A stretch of 64,000 nucleotides of DNA from Felis catus (taxonomy: Eukaryota), in assembly GCF_018350175.1 (NCBI RefSeq), contig NC_058382.1, forward strand, positions 48,920,001-48,984,000. Direction: 5' to 3'. This document shows positions 1 to 11,900 of the stretch, one piece after another. Each line of letters starts with the position of its first letter. Position 1 is the first letter of the stretch. Both the position numbers and the translations under genes were made by a program. The notes under the pieces are model-generated. The model saw only the letters and a list, made by a program, of their open reading frames with translations. It did not search any database and was not told the origin of the DNA.

Positions 1-246
1 CTCGAACGGAACTGGAGAACAAATAAACAAGAACAACCACATAACATACTGCCTCCAGTGCTTACGAAGGTCCCTGCTTGAGGGGAGAAGACGGAGTGAG
101 GGGGAGAGTGCTAGATTCATGTCAAAAACCAAGGGAACCCGCGGTTATCCCATAACAAAGTCCTCCAGCTCACGGGAGAAACCAACAGACAGACCTCCGT
201 GGGATTCGGGGAGGATAAAGAGCCAGCGCAAGACTCTGCCGTGCCA

Positions 247-461
247 GGGGGCGCCTGGGTGGTTCAGTCGGTGAAGTATCTGACTTTGGCTTCGGGCCTG
301 ATCTCATGGTTTGTAGGTTCAAGCCCCGCGTTGGGCTCTGTGCAGACAGCTCAGAGCCTGGGGCCTGCTTTGGATTCTGTGTGTGTGTGTGTCTGCCCTT
401 CCCCTGCTCACACTCTGTCTCTTTCTCTCAAAAATAAACAAACATTAAAAACACAAAAAAA
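247..461 (+). mobile_element. Carnivore SINEC (mirror copy at ~61682-61896, minus)
   Basis: GGGGCGCCTGGGTGG head, CT-rich body, A-rich tail, imperfect TSD (AAGACT...GTGCC). Confidence 0.93.
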
Positions 462-1599
462 GACTGCGGTGCCTAAGTAAGTGGGTGGAGTGAGGGAAGG
501 GAGAACACTGCAGCAGTAGTTTTGATTCATTCTGCAACGGTTAGGTCTAGTCGCTTAGCTGTGTGTGATAAGAGACTGGAAAACAATTGGAGAAAGATTC
601 CCACTATGACGTAGGAGTTTCTCAGCGTGGGGCATCGATCGGGTTGTCTGGTGAGAGCTGGTGTCCTCAAAGCAAAGAGAAAACAGAATTTGCTCAATTA
701 CACGCCACCGACATAACGGTCCGAGCGTCTCAAAGTGCTCACGTGAGCAGCAGGGAAACAGATACGATTACCTTGAAAGGGAAAAAGAAGGTTCTGAGAG
801 CCGACCACTGTCAGGTGGGAAACAGGAAGCCAGTAGCCCCGTGCTAAGCGATTCATCAGCAGATAACGTTGAGTGGCTTAACGTAAACACCCTGATGGAA
901 GGCTGCCATTAGAGCTTCAACCCAAACCCCTCGAGGAAGAGGAGGAAGAAAAGCAGGAGTTTTCAGTTTTTAAACAGACAAATTTAAAAATGAGTATTTC
1001 TTTAAGAAATAGAGCACACATACACTACGCCCCCCTCCAAATGTATAAGAAATGGTACAGGTAGGTTTCTCATTGTAAGTAAATTTTACTCCCTACCCCC
1101 TAAGAAAACAAAACCAAAAACCAAAAACTTGAAATACACATGGAACTCTAGTTAATGCTACAAAAGCTGAACTGTTTTGGAGGAGGAGGGGTCAGCTTCC
1201 ATGATGAAAGAGAATGCTTCTACCAAACTGACCTTCCAAACGGTAACAGTTACACATTTAGAACAAAATACAGAATGTAATGCCCCAGAGGAACAAAGGC
1301 AGGCAGTTTTTAGAGGTGGGTCAAACGGAGCAGCAGCCTGAGCCACGGAGCAGCTAAAACTCCAACAGTAAAACCCACCAAGCTCTGGACACCACGAAAG
1401 GCGCCTCAGAAGAACCCAGGCTGCAAGAGAGCAAAGGGGAGCCTGAGAAAGGAGGCTGTCAGAGAAGGAAGATGCTCAATTACAGTGAAAACTCACTCAA
1501 GTCTCAGGCTGGCCCTAGAAATGTGCTTTGTGGGCAAATCATTTCAGATATGCCAACCCCTAGTCCCGGGAGCCCAACTTTTCCAATCTCTACTCTCTC

Positions 1600-1660
1600 C
1601 ATCTCTCTCTCTCTCAATATATATATTGGGAGGGAGGTATATGGATATATACCCACATAC

Positions 1661-1716
<56 letters not shown>

Positions 1717-1721
1717 GTATG

Positions 1722-1761
<40 letters not shown>

Positions 1762-1870
1762 GGGAGCTTTAAAATTTTTGTATTATTTATATATAATATA
1801 TATAGATTTATATATCTATATGTATAGGTATATATATCTCCTATAGGCTCTCTCTCTCTCTTTTTATATG
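1600..1870. repeat. Compound (TA)n/(CT)n microsatellite (mirror at ~60300-60545, different length)
   Basis: Long (TA)n tracts at 1661-1758. Confidence 0.97.
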
Positions 1871-4379
1871 GTCTCTATTGGTGCCTAATCCAGAGGCGGC
1901 TCAGGAAAGCTAACATCCCAGAGTCATCCACCAAGGAAGAGGCAGTGCAGGCATTCAGACCCAGGCCAGGTCAGCTCCAAAGTTATGCTCTTGACCAAAT
2001 AGGACAGCGACCCTCTGACCTCGGACTCTGGGGGACTGAGTCAGACGATGCCCCAGATCCAAGTGCCGGAGGGCCCCTAACTCTGCAGAGGCCCCTCGAG
2101 GTGAGGACAGCAGGAAGGTAAGCGCACTTCGCTCTTTACGAAGCTGCACCAAAGAGCCTCTCCTCAGTCCCTCCCGTGCCACGGGGGCCGCATGGATTAT
2201 CACCTCTCAGGGGGAGATTTGACGAGTCTGATTTGGGTTTCTAGTTAATCCTGACTACCTGCACTCCAGATGCGGGGCTGGGAGACCCGGGAAACCTCAA
2301 TTCACGAGTCTCAGCGCCACCTACCGGTGAGTTGGTACACCCAAGGCAGAAAAGAGTCCTGTCTGCTCTCCCAGGCCACGAGGCCACGACGAAACTGCCA
2401 TTTCACAGATTGGCAAACGGAGCTCGGAGCTCGCCCTCACCGCTTTCCCTCAAGTAATCATCTGGTGGATGCAGGGCGCAGCACAAGATGGTTACGGGGA
2501 AGCCAGTCCTTTGGGAGGGACTGACACGCGAGGAGGGGAGAGGACCACGTAAAGACAGAGGCGGAGAGAGTCCAGCGGCCACACCAAAGGGAGACCAGGT
2601 GTTGTGGGGAAGGGGAGGCTTCACCGAGAGATGGTGGTGATGTGGGCTGAGGTTCTGAAATTCTGGACGGTCTGCCAGGCTGACTGGAGGGGCTTGGGGG
2701 GGGGGGCATTTGTTTCCAAATGCAGAGCTCTTCCCTGAGCACAGCGGGACAGGTGCCAGGAAGGGCATCTCAGGGAGCGAGAGATGGGTCTGGCGGGTGC
2801 GAGTGGAGAGCAGGGTGAGAGGAAAGATGAGCCGCACACACACACGGGGCAAACAGGCCAGGAATCGGGCCCCAGCGTCGCACAGTGTGTGGGCCCAGAG
2901 CGAGTTCCACCATGAGGACCGTGCTCTGCCACACGCTAAGGAGTCCGGACGCAACCTCCGCAACGACTGGAGTCATGAGGACGCGCTAAGCCAGGGAGTA
3001 CAACGATCCCACGTGTTTTGGAAAGACAGCCCTGCAGAGCGAGGACAGGGTGGGAGCAGGAGCGGGGCCATCTCTTCGGGGATCGTCATCAGAGCGAGGG
3101 ATGCTACTCTCTGAACCCCGGCAGCAGCGGCAGGAACGAGAGGCCGGAAGAGACCAGAGGTCCGGGGACACCACTCGGTCGCGCTGGGTGACGAACCGGA
3201 GGTACGGGGAGAAGCCAGCGGGGCGACCAGATGACCCCGCGGTTTCTGACCCGGCTGACCATTCGTGGACTGGAAATAAAAGGAGATTTGGATGATGAGG
3301 TCGTTCCCGACGTGTCAGCTTATGGGGTTCTCACACGTAGCGGCTCAGAAGCTGGTTAGATGAGCGGAACAAAAGACCGGTGACTCCCGAGTTCGCGGCG
3401 AGGGAAGAGTCCCTCAAGGAGACGGAGGCCCTGACTGCGTCGTTCCTGCGTGGCCACGCGGCCAGACGCCCTCTATTCGAGCCGCGAGATGGCTGCTACA
3501 CCCCAGCCCGGGACCCGGTGCGTCACAGAGCACTTGGCCTCACGCTTACGGGCCCGCAGGGGGCTGCGGTTTGGCGGGTGGCGGGTGGCCCTTGCGGGCC
3601 GGGGGGTCGGCGGGCTGGGCGTCAGGCCGGGTTCAGATCTGTTTCCCGAGTCTCCCCTCCGGTGTGATCCCATGATCCTCCAAGACACGGTGGCCGCTCA
3701 GGGCACCATCGCTGATGAAAAGCCGCACCCCGGAGGGCTACGGACGCGCGTAATTTGCCTTAGGGCCTCGCTCCGGGCCTGCACACCGCGGTCTCTGCCG
3801 ACCTTTTATAAAAGTCCTCAGGACGGCTGACACATATACTCCAACCCTTTGACGCACTGCAAGGTCACCTGGCAGACGGCACAGGGCCTGAAAAGATCCG
3901 GGGAGCACAGCTAAGTGGGGCTCCTTACTGTTACATTGCGCGCTCTTTTCTCGCTCTCTGTCCCCAGCCTCAGACGTCCTCCTGGCCACCTGCCCTATGC
4001 TACGGCGCAGATGGCTTCTGGATTCAGAACGAACACCTCGGCTCCGTCTCTAGATCTTCCCACAAGCGGCATGATCTTGGAAAAGTCACGTTACCTCTGA
4101 GCCCACATCGTCTGCTAAAACCTCACCTACTAAGATTGTCACAAGATCCAATGGGATGAGGTATGAGAAGAGCCCTGTCCTGCTCTAAGTATCTTCCTTA
4201 GGAACCAGCGAAAGTCCTTCTGAAGCCACAGAGCTTTCACAGCTACCATTTGTCCTCCGGACTGCTCAACTCTTGGCACCCAGCGGTTTCGAGACACGAG
4301 AGAGAGAGCTTCCTGGAAGCCTCTCGAGAAGTACGGGTCAGACTTCCAGCCTGGTTGATTCCAGTTCACTCAGAGGGTG

Positions 4380-5700
4380 TTGCTTTACGTGTCCCGAGAC
4401 GATTCCGAGGCACCACCGCTGGTGCCTACCGCATGCTTAGCACTTTCTTGGCTGGTTCAGTCTGTCGCGTGTTAGAGACTTAGATGTGAGTCCTCAAACC
4501 TTCAGAAGACTAAGGGAGGCTATCTGTCTCTAGCCATGCCGCCACTGCGCGGAGGGTGATGGAATGCCTGTGTGTGCTGTGCCTTGGTTTCCAAATCCTG
4601 TTTTATGCTCTGGTAACACAGGTGGATAAGGTTTTGTGTATCGTGTTTATCCTCTGTTATGGCAAATACTTAACACCCTGTCGCCAAACATGAAGCACGT
4701 TTCACAGTGGACTCAGCCAGAGTAATTAACGTGTCTGTTTATTCATTTGCAGACCCAGTCGCATGAAAAGAACACGTTAATTAAACTCCGGCTTGATGGA
4801 AGTACAGGGTAGGATGTTAATACCGCGCCCGCGGAGGCAGACGTGCTGGTCACTCTGGGCGCCTCAAGTCCCCGGAGCTCCTGTGAAAGAGCCCGTGCCC
4901 TAAAATGCCTCACGTGTCCTCAGCACCACCTGCTGTCACTACACACACACACAGAAAGGGGCTGAGCAAACTGCACATTTACAAAATGTACATTTTGTAA
5001 TACAAAATGTAAATAAGGAGTTACAGCGCTGTACGATAATTACAATGGCATTTTCCTGTATCCCAAGAGCACACCGGAGAGTGAAGCGTTAACTGTGCTG
5101 CTAGAAACCCCTTGATTGAAACAAGCCGCAGAAACTTTCTACCCAGCAGGCCAGGCCTTTGATCTGGGGAAGAGAGGCTGTGGGTGGTGGAGGGGAACCC
5201 TCAGACCGAGTGATTGACTTTCTCTTTGTCCTTCCTGTCTACACCTACCGTGGGACATTCTGGCGTAAGGCATGAGAACCGAGAACCGAGAACCGGGCTT
5301 GGAGCAGAGAGGTGCTCTGAGCTCCAGTTCCTGGTGTGCAAAGGAAATCCTGGCATGGATCTTTTGAAACAGATGCTGAAACTATCCTCCCCACCCCTGG
5401 TAATTTCAGTCCTTGCGAGACAGAAAACCAAGAAGGCAGAATGTTTGCAACGGTGAATCCAAATACCACGAGTGAAAAGTCCCGTCAAGACGTGTAATTG
5501 TGCACGGGATGGTGTGCTCTGTGAAGTATCGTACAAGAAGTCACTCTGACGTTTCGTGGAGTAGGAGAAGCCCAGAAGAGAAAACAGTCAGTCCTCCTGA
5601 AGAATAGGGCATTTGGTGGGCATGAGAGCCTAGAAAGTACAAGAACCAACGTCGACAATAAAGGAGCCGTGGGACTTAGCCTTTTATCGTGGAGATGTAA
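4380..5700 (-). repeat. Old inverted paralog of distal PDPR 3' UTR sequence (~43490-44740)
   Basis: Reverse complement shares long blocks with the 3' UTR, e.g. TTGTTTCAATCAAGGGGTTTCTAGCAGCACAGTTAAC and GGATACAGGAAAATGCCATTGTAATTAT. Ends approximate. Confidence 0.9.
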
Positions 5701-5714
5701 ATAGTGACGGTTGA

Positions 5715-5899
5715 GGGGCACCTGGGTGGCTCAGTCGGTTGAGCCTCTGACTCTTGGTTTGGGCTCAGGTCATGATCTCAGCGTTGGTGGGTCCCAGTCC
5801 TGCGTCCGGCTCTGCACTGGTGGTGCAGAGTCTGCTTGGGATCCTCTCTCTCTCTCTCCTTCTCTCTCCCTCTCTCAAAATAAATAAACATCAAAAAAT
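5715..5899 (+). mobile_element. SINEC (mirror at ~56221-56430, which retains 26 bp missing here)
   Basis: SINEC head and tail; TSD AAATAGTGA(C/T)GGTTGA. Confidence 0.93.
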
Positions 5900-6849
5900 A
5901 GTGATGGTTGACGTAAGCAGGGAGAAATGCGTACAGTGTGTTCACTACTTAACTGCACGTAAACGGAATGGAATTTACCACACCATCACTTCATTTCACC
6001 CACCGTTTCGTACAGACAACTAGGTTTCTCCCCAATTCACAAGCCTGAAAATGGCATAGGTGAAACTACTCATCAGGAAAACTTGTGAAGTTTTTCTCCC
6101 CAAACTGCCACATCTGGGACGTCCTCAAGAATACAACCTCAGATGGGTTGGTCTATTTCCTCTTCCTTTTGGGTAGTCAGGTGACACCAAGCTCTAAGCC
6201 ATTAGCTAAAATACTGAAGAATTTCTCTGCACAGAAGCGCAGAATGTCTTCAACTTTTATGCGTCAGACCAGCAAGAGGCGGAGTTTCCATCCTCAGGCA
6301 GCCGGAACCCGGTGCAATGTAGCGTGTGAGTCAACTGGCGAGTCAGTGGGTAGACAGTTGTGCAGGTTGTGGGCCGGCCTGGTGCCACCGGGGTCCCTGA
6401 GCTTTCCTGCCACCCCCTAAAATGGCAGCAGCCCTCCGGTTCTTGTGCACTGCGGAATCCCATCATCAGAGGCCATAAGGAAACGAGACTGGCTCGTGTG
6501 GCAAGACGGGCTTCAATCCCAAGACCGGGAAGTGGAGAGTGTGGCCCACCGTGCAGTGGCGGCCGTGCCCTCACAACGCTCCCCATTCAAAGAAATACTG
6601 GCTGGACCATGCGCCAAGCGCTGCTGCAAGTGCTGCCGTGCCTAAGATTGAGGTTCTGTCGACAGGGTCCGGGGCCTGCCACTGGTGGCAAAGGCAGTCA
6701 GCGAACACATACTTTAGATAGTGATGAGTTCCACGAGGGAAAGAAAACAGGGCCAAGCGATAGGAAGGGAGGACTGGACGGGAGGCTTCTCAGAAGACGG
6801 AGTGAATGACTCTGCTTCCCTCGGGCCCAGGCAAGCCAGGAAGGTGCAG

Positions 6850-8140
6850 CGTGAGATCCCGCCCAGAGCTCAGGGTCGCTAAACCCGCCTCTGAGGTCGG
6901 GCCAGGCCCGCAGACCGGATTTCAGACGCTCTGCTAGAGCCTGGCCCAAGGAAGAGCCGAGCGCCTTCCAGAGACAAGGGACTGTCGGTCCACGCCGCCC
7001 TTTTGCGCCAGGGACTAGAGTGGCTTTGAGCCGCGGACCCGCTCGGGGACAGAAGCGGCAGGGCGCCTGGAGGGCAGAGCGAAGCCCCGCGCTCCCGACA
7101 CCCCGGCAAGGCCGGCGACCCACCGCAGCGTCCCCGCTCCACTTGCACACTTCAGAAAGCAGCCTGGACCACTGGGGCGGGGGCCGAGCTCCCGGGGCGG
7201 GGCCTCGCGGGACCCAAACAAGCCCCACGTGGCAGGGGCGGGGCCGCCGCGGGGACGTCACGGCGCGCGCGTGCGCGTGTGCCGGCACGCGCGGGCGTAC
7301 CCTTGCCGGGGGCCGTAAAGCGCGGAAGGTCGCGGTCTCCCGCTTCCCCGGAACTTTTTACTCCCTCCGCCCCGCCCCCTTCCCATTCCCAGTGCCCCGT
7401 TTCTGGCGGCGGGACCCCCGGCAACTGTTGTGGCTGCTGTTCCGCTGCCGCCGGGGTGCTGCTGACGGCGGAGCCCGCGGCGGCCCGTGAGGTAAGGAGA
7501 CGGCGGCGGGGCCGCTCTGGCCTCCCCTCCGCGCGGGTCTCAGCGCCCCCCTTTTCGCTTTGGTCTTCCTCGGGGGTGGTCGCGGCCGCCCCTCGTTTCC
7601 TGTCGCTCCTGCCGGGTCGCTGGGGACTCCGGCGGCCCGGGGCGGGAGTGGGTCTGCCTCGTCTCTCTCAGTCGGTCTGCGGCTGTGCGGCGTCCGGCCG
7701 AAGGGGTCCGGGGTCCGGGCCTTGGGGCCCCGTGCACGGCTGCCCCCGGGCCTGCGCTCCTCAGCCCGATGTCCAGAGCGGCCGGGGTGCCCTCGCTTCG
7801 GGCCCCCCGCCTCGGGCTTACACAGCGCCTGGCGCGGGTTTGGCTGGTCTCGCCCGCCCTTCTCCCTCTGCAGGTGCAATCGTTTTCCCGCCTGGAGACG
7901 TGCGGTCCGCCTCTGCTTCGCTAACTTGTACGCCTGCCGCAGAGTGCGGCAAGCCGAGTTACCGGGAAAAGTGTAGGCCAGGGTGGTGAACGGTCTTCGT
8001 GATGTTTGGTCACTCGGGACCCCTGTGAAGGACATTCACATTAGATTCGGGAATCTCTGTAAGCGTGACGTCCGGGCATGCGGCCGGGGGAGGGGGGGGG
8101 GGGGGGGCAGGGGAGGAGGGGAGGGGTGCCGGTGCCGGGC
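6850..8140 (+). promoter_or_regulatory. PDPR: PDPR CpG-island promoter
   Basis: Very GC- and CpG-dense. GC boxes at ~7175-7245, E-box CACGTG 7226-7231, CRE-like GACGTCA 7254-7260, NRF1-like GCGCGTGCGC 7267-7276, ETS-like CGGAAG ~7323. No TATA box seen. This motif set is typical of nuclear-encoded mitochondrial genes. Confidence 0.9.
7340..7491 (+). other. PDPR: Probable non-coding first exon of PDPR (start approximate)
   Basis: Strong donor GAG|GTAAGG at 7491/7492 just downstream of the promoter motifs. A candidate second non-coding exon acceptor (CCCTTCTCCCTCTGCAG|) lies at 7873/7874. Confidence 0.65.
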
Positions 8141-8635
8141 CACGGGGCACACTTTTCCAGCGCTAGGGATATGTATTAATTTCTTAAACTTGCCTGATCA
8201 CCTGGTGGCACGTTTTGACAGATACACCCCCGGGACCAGCCTCTCCAGAGAAAGAGCCTGGGATAGTGTTGGGGTTTTTGTCTGTTTGAAGGAAATGTCC
8301 CAGGTGGCCCTTCTGCTGAAGCAAGAGTGGGAAGTGTGTCGGTCGAGCTCCACTCACTAGGCTTCCTTGTGACCAGCGGCCCATTTGTACACACGCTGGG
8401 ACCATACAGGGGAACAACCCAGAGGGACTTGGAGCTGTCCCTTGCTCTTCTTGTCGTAAGCAGGTGTGAGCATAACCAGTCCCGATATTGAGGTTGCCTT
8501 AGCGATTCTTCCTAGAGGGAGAGAATATTATAGGGCCATCTTAGTTTTTTGTTTTTTGTTTTTAAATATAACTTATTTTAAACCCGGCTCCACCTTTTAT
8601 TTCTTTGTCTCTGACATCTTCAGATTCTTCTCTAC

Positions 8636-8850
8636 CGGCCTGGGTGGCTCAGTTGGTTGAGTGTCCCACTCTTGGATTTGGCTCAAGTCAGGATCCCAGA
8701 GTCATGGGATGAGCCCCAGATCGGGCTTCATGCTCAGCGTGGAGCCTGCTTAAGATACTCTCTCTCCCTCTGTGGCCCCTCCCCGGCTCCTGCTGGCTCC
8801 CTTTCTCTCTCTGAAAAACAAAAAAAAACCCTGAAAACAATTTTAAAAAA
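8636..8850 (+). mobile_element. Older SINEC (mirror at ~53270-53484)
   Basis: CCTGGGTGGCTCAGTTGGTTGAG...GGAGCCTGCTTAAGAT...A-rich tail. Confidence 0.88.
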
Positions 8851-8949
8851 TTACTCTATGTGATTTAGATATCCCCTGAAATCTTGGAGCCTAGCCTCAA
8901 GATCTCAGAGTCCTCACTGAATTTTTTCCCATCTCGTTTATTGTACATT

Positions 8950-11900
8950 CTCATTCCTCCGTTGATTATATTTCCTAGGTGCCTACCCTGAATGCCGGCA
9001 GAATCACGTTGAAGTGGTAACTGGTCTCAGCTCCCAGAGAGCTCCATTGTAAGAGGAGACTAAAAACTAGCGCTTACTGAGTGCTTCTCGGGTGCCAGTT
9101 ACCATGCTTTTCCTGTATTGTCTGTATTCCTGTAGTCTTTGTGGCAACCCGGCGAGGCAGGTGTTCGTAGCTCACCTTGTGGATGAGGAGCCTGGAGCAC
9201 AGAGATGGAATGACTTGCTCAAAGCCATAGAGCTGATGAGAGGTGGGGGAGATTTTCAGACCCGTACCTGTCTGCCCCCAAAGCCTGCATTTCCAGCGGG
9301 GTCGCTGTGCCGTTTCCCTGATTGGCAAACAGGCTGTGACAGTGTGGGAGGCTCTGTGCTGGAGAAGTGCAGGGTGCTGTGGGAGAACACGGAAGAGTCA
9401 CCTGAGGCGGTATTGGGGGAGAGGGGGTCTGATAAGCTGTGAAACAGGGTGAGAGCTGAGGGGATTATCCATGTTTGGGGGGCAAGGGGGCAGGAACTAT
9501 GCCGTGTGGTTCGAAGGAACAGTGTGCCCCGATCCTGGGGGTTTCAGAGAGACTCAATGCCTGTCCTGTTGGAGGAATTATCAGTATGTCCGTCTGGCTG
9601 GAGAGGAGAGAAAGAGACCAGAGGTCAGGAATGAGCCTGATGATGAAGGATCTCGCACACTTCCTGTTCAGGACAATGCTTTTTTCCTCAGGGCGTCAGA
9701 AAGCCATTGCAGAGTTTTGAAGAGGGGTGTGAACAAGGGTTTCCTTTGAGAAGCCTCCCTCCACGCCCCTCCTCGGAAGGATTGAGGGGGGGTGGGGAGA
9801 ATGGTGTGCGGAAGCCCTGTCGGGAAGCTTCTGCCTTCATCTGAGCGGGGAGGGCGGTCTGTACTCAGGTAATGGCAGTGAGGAGGGGGAGAGGTCGATG
9901 GTCTGAGGGAAATGTCGCCTGTGGAATTGTTAGTCCATGACGGTTGGCCGCATAGAGGAGGTGAGAGAGAGGGAGGTGAGAGAGGAGGTGACACCCGGGA
10001 TTCTTGTGTATGGTGTCACTGCGGGACACAGAAGTGGAGCAGATTTGGAGATTGAGGCAGGTGGGTTTCCCTTCTGGATGTGCTCGGCGTGACCCACGGG
10101 AACCCAAGTGGACATGGCCATTGTTCAGCTCGAGGTGCAGATGTAAAGCTCGGGGCTGTTGTGGGCTTAGGCGTCAGTCTTGGTACGCGTGAAATGACCC
10201 TGGAGGGTGGCAGACTGAGAGGAGAAGCTGGTCCCAGACACCCTGAGGGACAGCAACACAGAAGGATGGGCGGGGGAGGGAAGGCGGTGTAGGTGTGACC
10301 GGGGTAGTCGGTGTCAAAATAAAACAGGGACAGAGTGCGTGAGTAGCGGGAGCGATCGGCGGTGTTCAGTGCCGTGGAGAGGGTGAGTGAGATGGGCCCG
10401 GTGTCCCTGGAAGGTGGCAACAGTGGCATTCTTGGTGAGAGCAGTATTCCGGCCTGCGGGACGGGAGCTTAACCGCTTGGGTTCGGGACGGTGGAAAGGG
10501 GGGAAAGTGACAGATACCATAGGAAGCCCTTCTTGTCAAGTGAAAAAGACAGGTTGTGACGTCATAGTAAATTTTGGTGTAGCCCGCCGGCAGACTGTGC
10601 AATCACCGAGGTGTAACAAAAAGGACTTTAAGACAGGTGGTGGCACACAGGTGGGTGTCAGGGGAGCACGTGCTGCAAGATAAATAAGTCTGGGGAAATT
10701 TCATCAGCCCTGGAATTGAGTATTTTGCATGATGGGAGATCTTAATTTCCTTCTACGTTTGTGTGGTTTACAAAGACCACAATTTTTATAATTCAGAATT
10801 TGTAAAATTAAAAATCACCATTGGAAGACTGGTACGGAGCCTTTCTTGTATTTCTTAAGTCAGTTGGGAGGGACTTGAGCATATTAAAATGCTGAGGATT
10901 GGAGGGGACACTGAAGGTACGTGGAAGGGGACAGTTGATGGAGCCGAGTCAAGGGAAGGAAGGAGAGAGAGGGATCCAGGGCACGTGGGGAGGGATCAAC
11001 TTTTGACCCTACGAGGTTGAAGGAAGAGGTGGTCGTAGATGCAGGTGGAGTTTCAGGGGTTGAGGAGACAGGTTTTGTGTTTGGAAGGAAGGAAGGAGGT
11101 GGGGTCCCAGGTTGGGAGAGGAGCAGTGTTGTGGGTTCAGAACCTGAATGTAGACAGACATCTGCCTGTGGCTGAACACGCAGTGGCCCGGGGCTCGCTA
11201 CGGGGTGCCTGCTAGTGTGAGCCATGAGGGAACAGGGTCTTTTCAAGCATGACCAAGTGGTAATGGTTCTGAAGGGAGAAGGGTGCCCGCCTCCCCCCCC
11301 TCCTGATGGCAAGGTCAGTGGGACGGGCTGGCCACGTGGCAGTGGCGTTTCCCTCAGTAGAGCTGTGTCTCTGTTGAAGCAGAGGTGGAGAGAAGCTAGG
11401 TGAAGGGCTGGGTGTTCCAGTTTGGAAAGGATGTTCTGGAGGACACGGTGGAGAGGTTTGGAGCGGAGGACAGCAGACAGAGAGAGAGAGAGAGAAAGAA
11501 AGAAAGAGAGAGAGAAATCAGTCATATGGAGATGAGATTGTGGGAAGTCTGGCTGTGGAGAAGCTTCTGTCTTGAGACGGTTTGGCGGGGACCAAGGAGG
11601 TGAGGCCTGGAGGTCACCACAAGGTGGCCAAAGTAATCAGCCCTGGTTGGATGGGATTTCCTTGGGACGCAGTGGAGGCCTGCTCGGTCTCAGTTCTGAG
11701 ATCCTGTCTGATGGATGGGCACCCACACCTTGGCCTTGGACGACCTGGGCCGTCGGGGGCCCTCCGTGGGTCCCGGGCTGGTAGCGGCGTGCTGGTGGGC
11801 GCACGGGCTGCCAGGGCTCTCCTCTGAAGTGTCGCCGTCTCCCCACACTCGGAGACCGTGCCTTCGCCCACAGGGCTGTCTGCAGTTTCTTAAAAATTGA

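Noticed and set aside
500..1500. Purine-rich stretch with short ORFs and donor-like sites
   Set aside because: No recognisable protein or consistent exon structure; a Dfam or BLAST search is needed.
10884..11525. 213-aa ORF identical in both arms
   Set aside because: Lies in L2-like, low-complexity intron sequence; identity reflects the duplication, not selection.
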